A stretch of 41,854 nucleotides of DNA, from IMG/VR virus record IMGVR_UViG_3300018077_000003; one strand, written 5' to 3'. Below the pieces are notes generated by a model. The model worked only from the letters and a program-made list of their open reading frames with translations. It searched no databases and was not told the DNA's origin. The DNA comes from a virus. Both the position numbers and the translations under genes were made by a program. Below, piece after piece: positions 41,585-41,854 of this stretch. How positions within the stretch are numbered: the stretch's first letter is position 1; each line of letters starts with the position of its first letter.

Positions 41585-41610
41585 CGGTGCATGACAGGAT
41601 GAGCGCTCAC
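41585..41610. repeat. Right arm of the 26-bp inverted repeat (CGGTGCATGACAGGATGAGCGCTCAC)
   Basis: See 41445-41470. Confidence 0.8.
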
Positions 41611-41731
41611 TACCGCCGAGGAGGGCGACGGGGGCCGAGGGACGCCGGGGAGGGAGACACGCCCCGGGGGGGACAGACCGGGAGAACCGGCCTCACGCGC
41701 GCGTACGCTGGGGTGTGCACGCCTAACGCGA

Positions 41732-41854
41732 GAAGCGGTGCGTGGCACACTCGGTGATACCCCTGCCGGTGGCTCACGCCAAGGGGGCCGGGGCCGCGGC
41801 TTTCGGCTTCCTGTGCGGCGCGGCGCGGGGTGCCGGGTGCCCGCCGGCAGGGGC
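41732..41854. repeat. Terminal direct repeat, right copy
   Basis: Identical to 1-123. Confidence 0.95.

Larger units (their letters stand above)
40911..41731. other. GC-rich, purine-skewed, apparently non-coding spacer (continues through the repeat into 1-325)
   Basis: About 75-83% G+C in lines I counted, versus about 60% in genes. All ORFs here are Arg/Pro/Gly/Ala low-complexity on both strands. No RBS-start pairs seen. Confidence 0.6.

Noticed and set aside
40915-41610. Possible CRISPR array formed by the repeated GTGAGCGCTCAC motif.
   Set aside because: The copies are 12-bp palindromes at irregular spacings (319, 209 and 154 bp), not 25-40-bp direct repeats with uniform spacers. No cas genes are present.
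1-41854. Lysogeny module (integrase, CI-type repressor, attP) and tRNA genes.
   Set aside because: No ORF shows tyrosine or serine recombinase motifs or a recognisable repressor. No cloverleaf-like sequence with a GTTCRA T-loop was seen in the intergenic regions. The genome looks virulent, although absence cannot be proven without searches.

Overview
The window is a complete or near-complete tailed-phage genome of about 41.7 kb. Bases 1-123 are repeated exactly at 41732-41854, so the unique length is 41731 bp. This is either a closed circular assembly or a physical terminal repeat.

There are two divergent arms.
- Rightward arm (about 326-25506, + strand): an HTH/small-terminase-like gene, small ORFs, TerL, a seven-gene accessory structural block, then a T7/BPP-1-style order. 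That order is portal, scaffold, an HNH insert, capsid, decoration protein, gp11-like adaptor, gp12-like nozzle, internal virion proteins and a LamG tail fibre. It ends in a lysis cassette of holin, secreted protein, M15 endolysin and embedded Rz/Rz1.
- Leftward arm (40823 down to 25579, - strand): many small early genes, several of them membrane peptides. They are followed by AEP primase, SNF2 helicase, a second HNH, an SSB-like protein, a UvrD-like helicase, PolA, and an adenylosuccinate-synthetase-like / MazG-like / HD-hydrolase block plus a PD-(D/E)XK nuclease.

Main signals:
1. The PolA-PurA-like-MazG-HD block matches the dpoZ-purZ-mazZ-datZ cluster. This predicts a 2-aminoadenine (Z-base) genome.
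2. A spacer of about 1.3 kb between the arms (40911-41854 continuing into 1-325) is very GC-rich and apparently non-coding. It carries T-free purine tracts, G-quadruplex motifs, TGAGCGCTCA palindromes and a 166-bp element bounded by inverted repeats. Outward-facing promoters flank it.
3. Three small genes are frame-broken at 10-11-bp direct repeats. One of them is a candidate -1 frameshift site.

All family names come from motif recognition and memory. No database search was possible. I used third-codon-position G+C (GC3) by eye to choose between overlapping frames.
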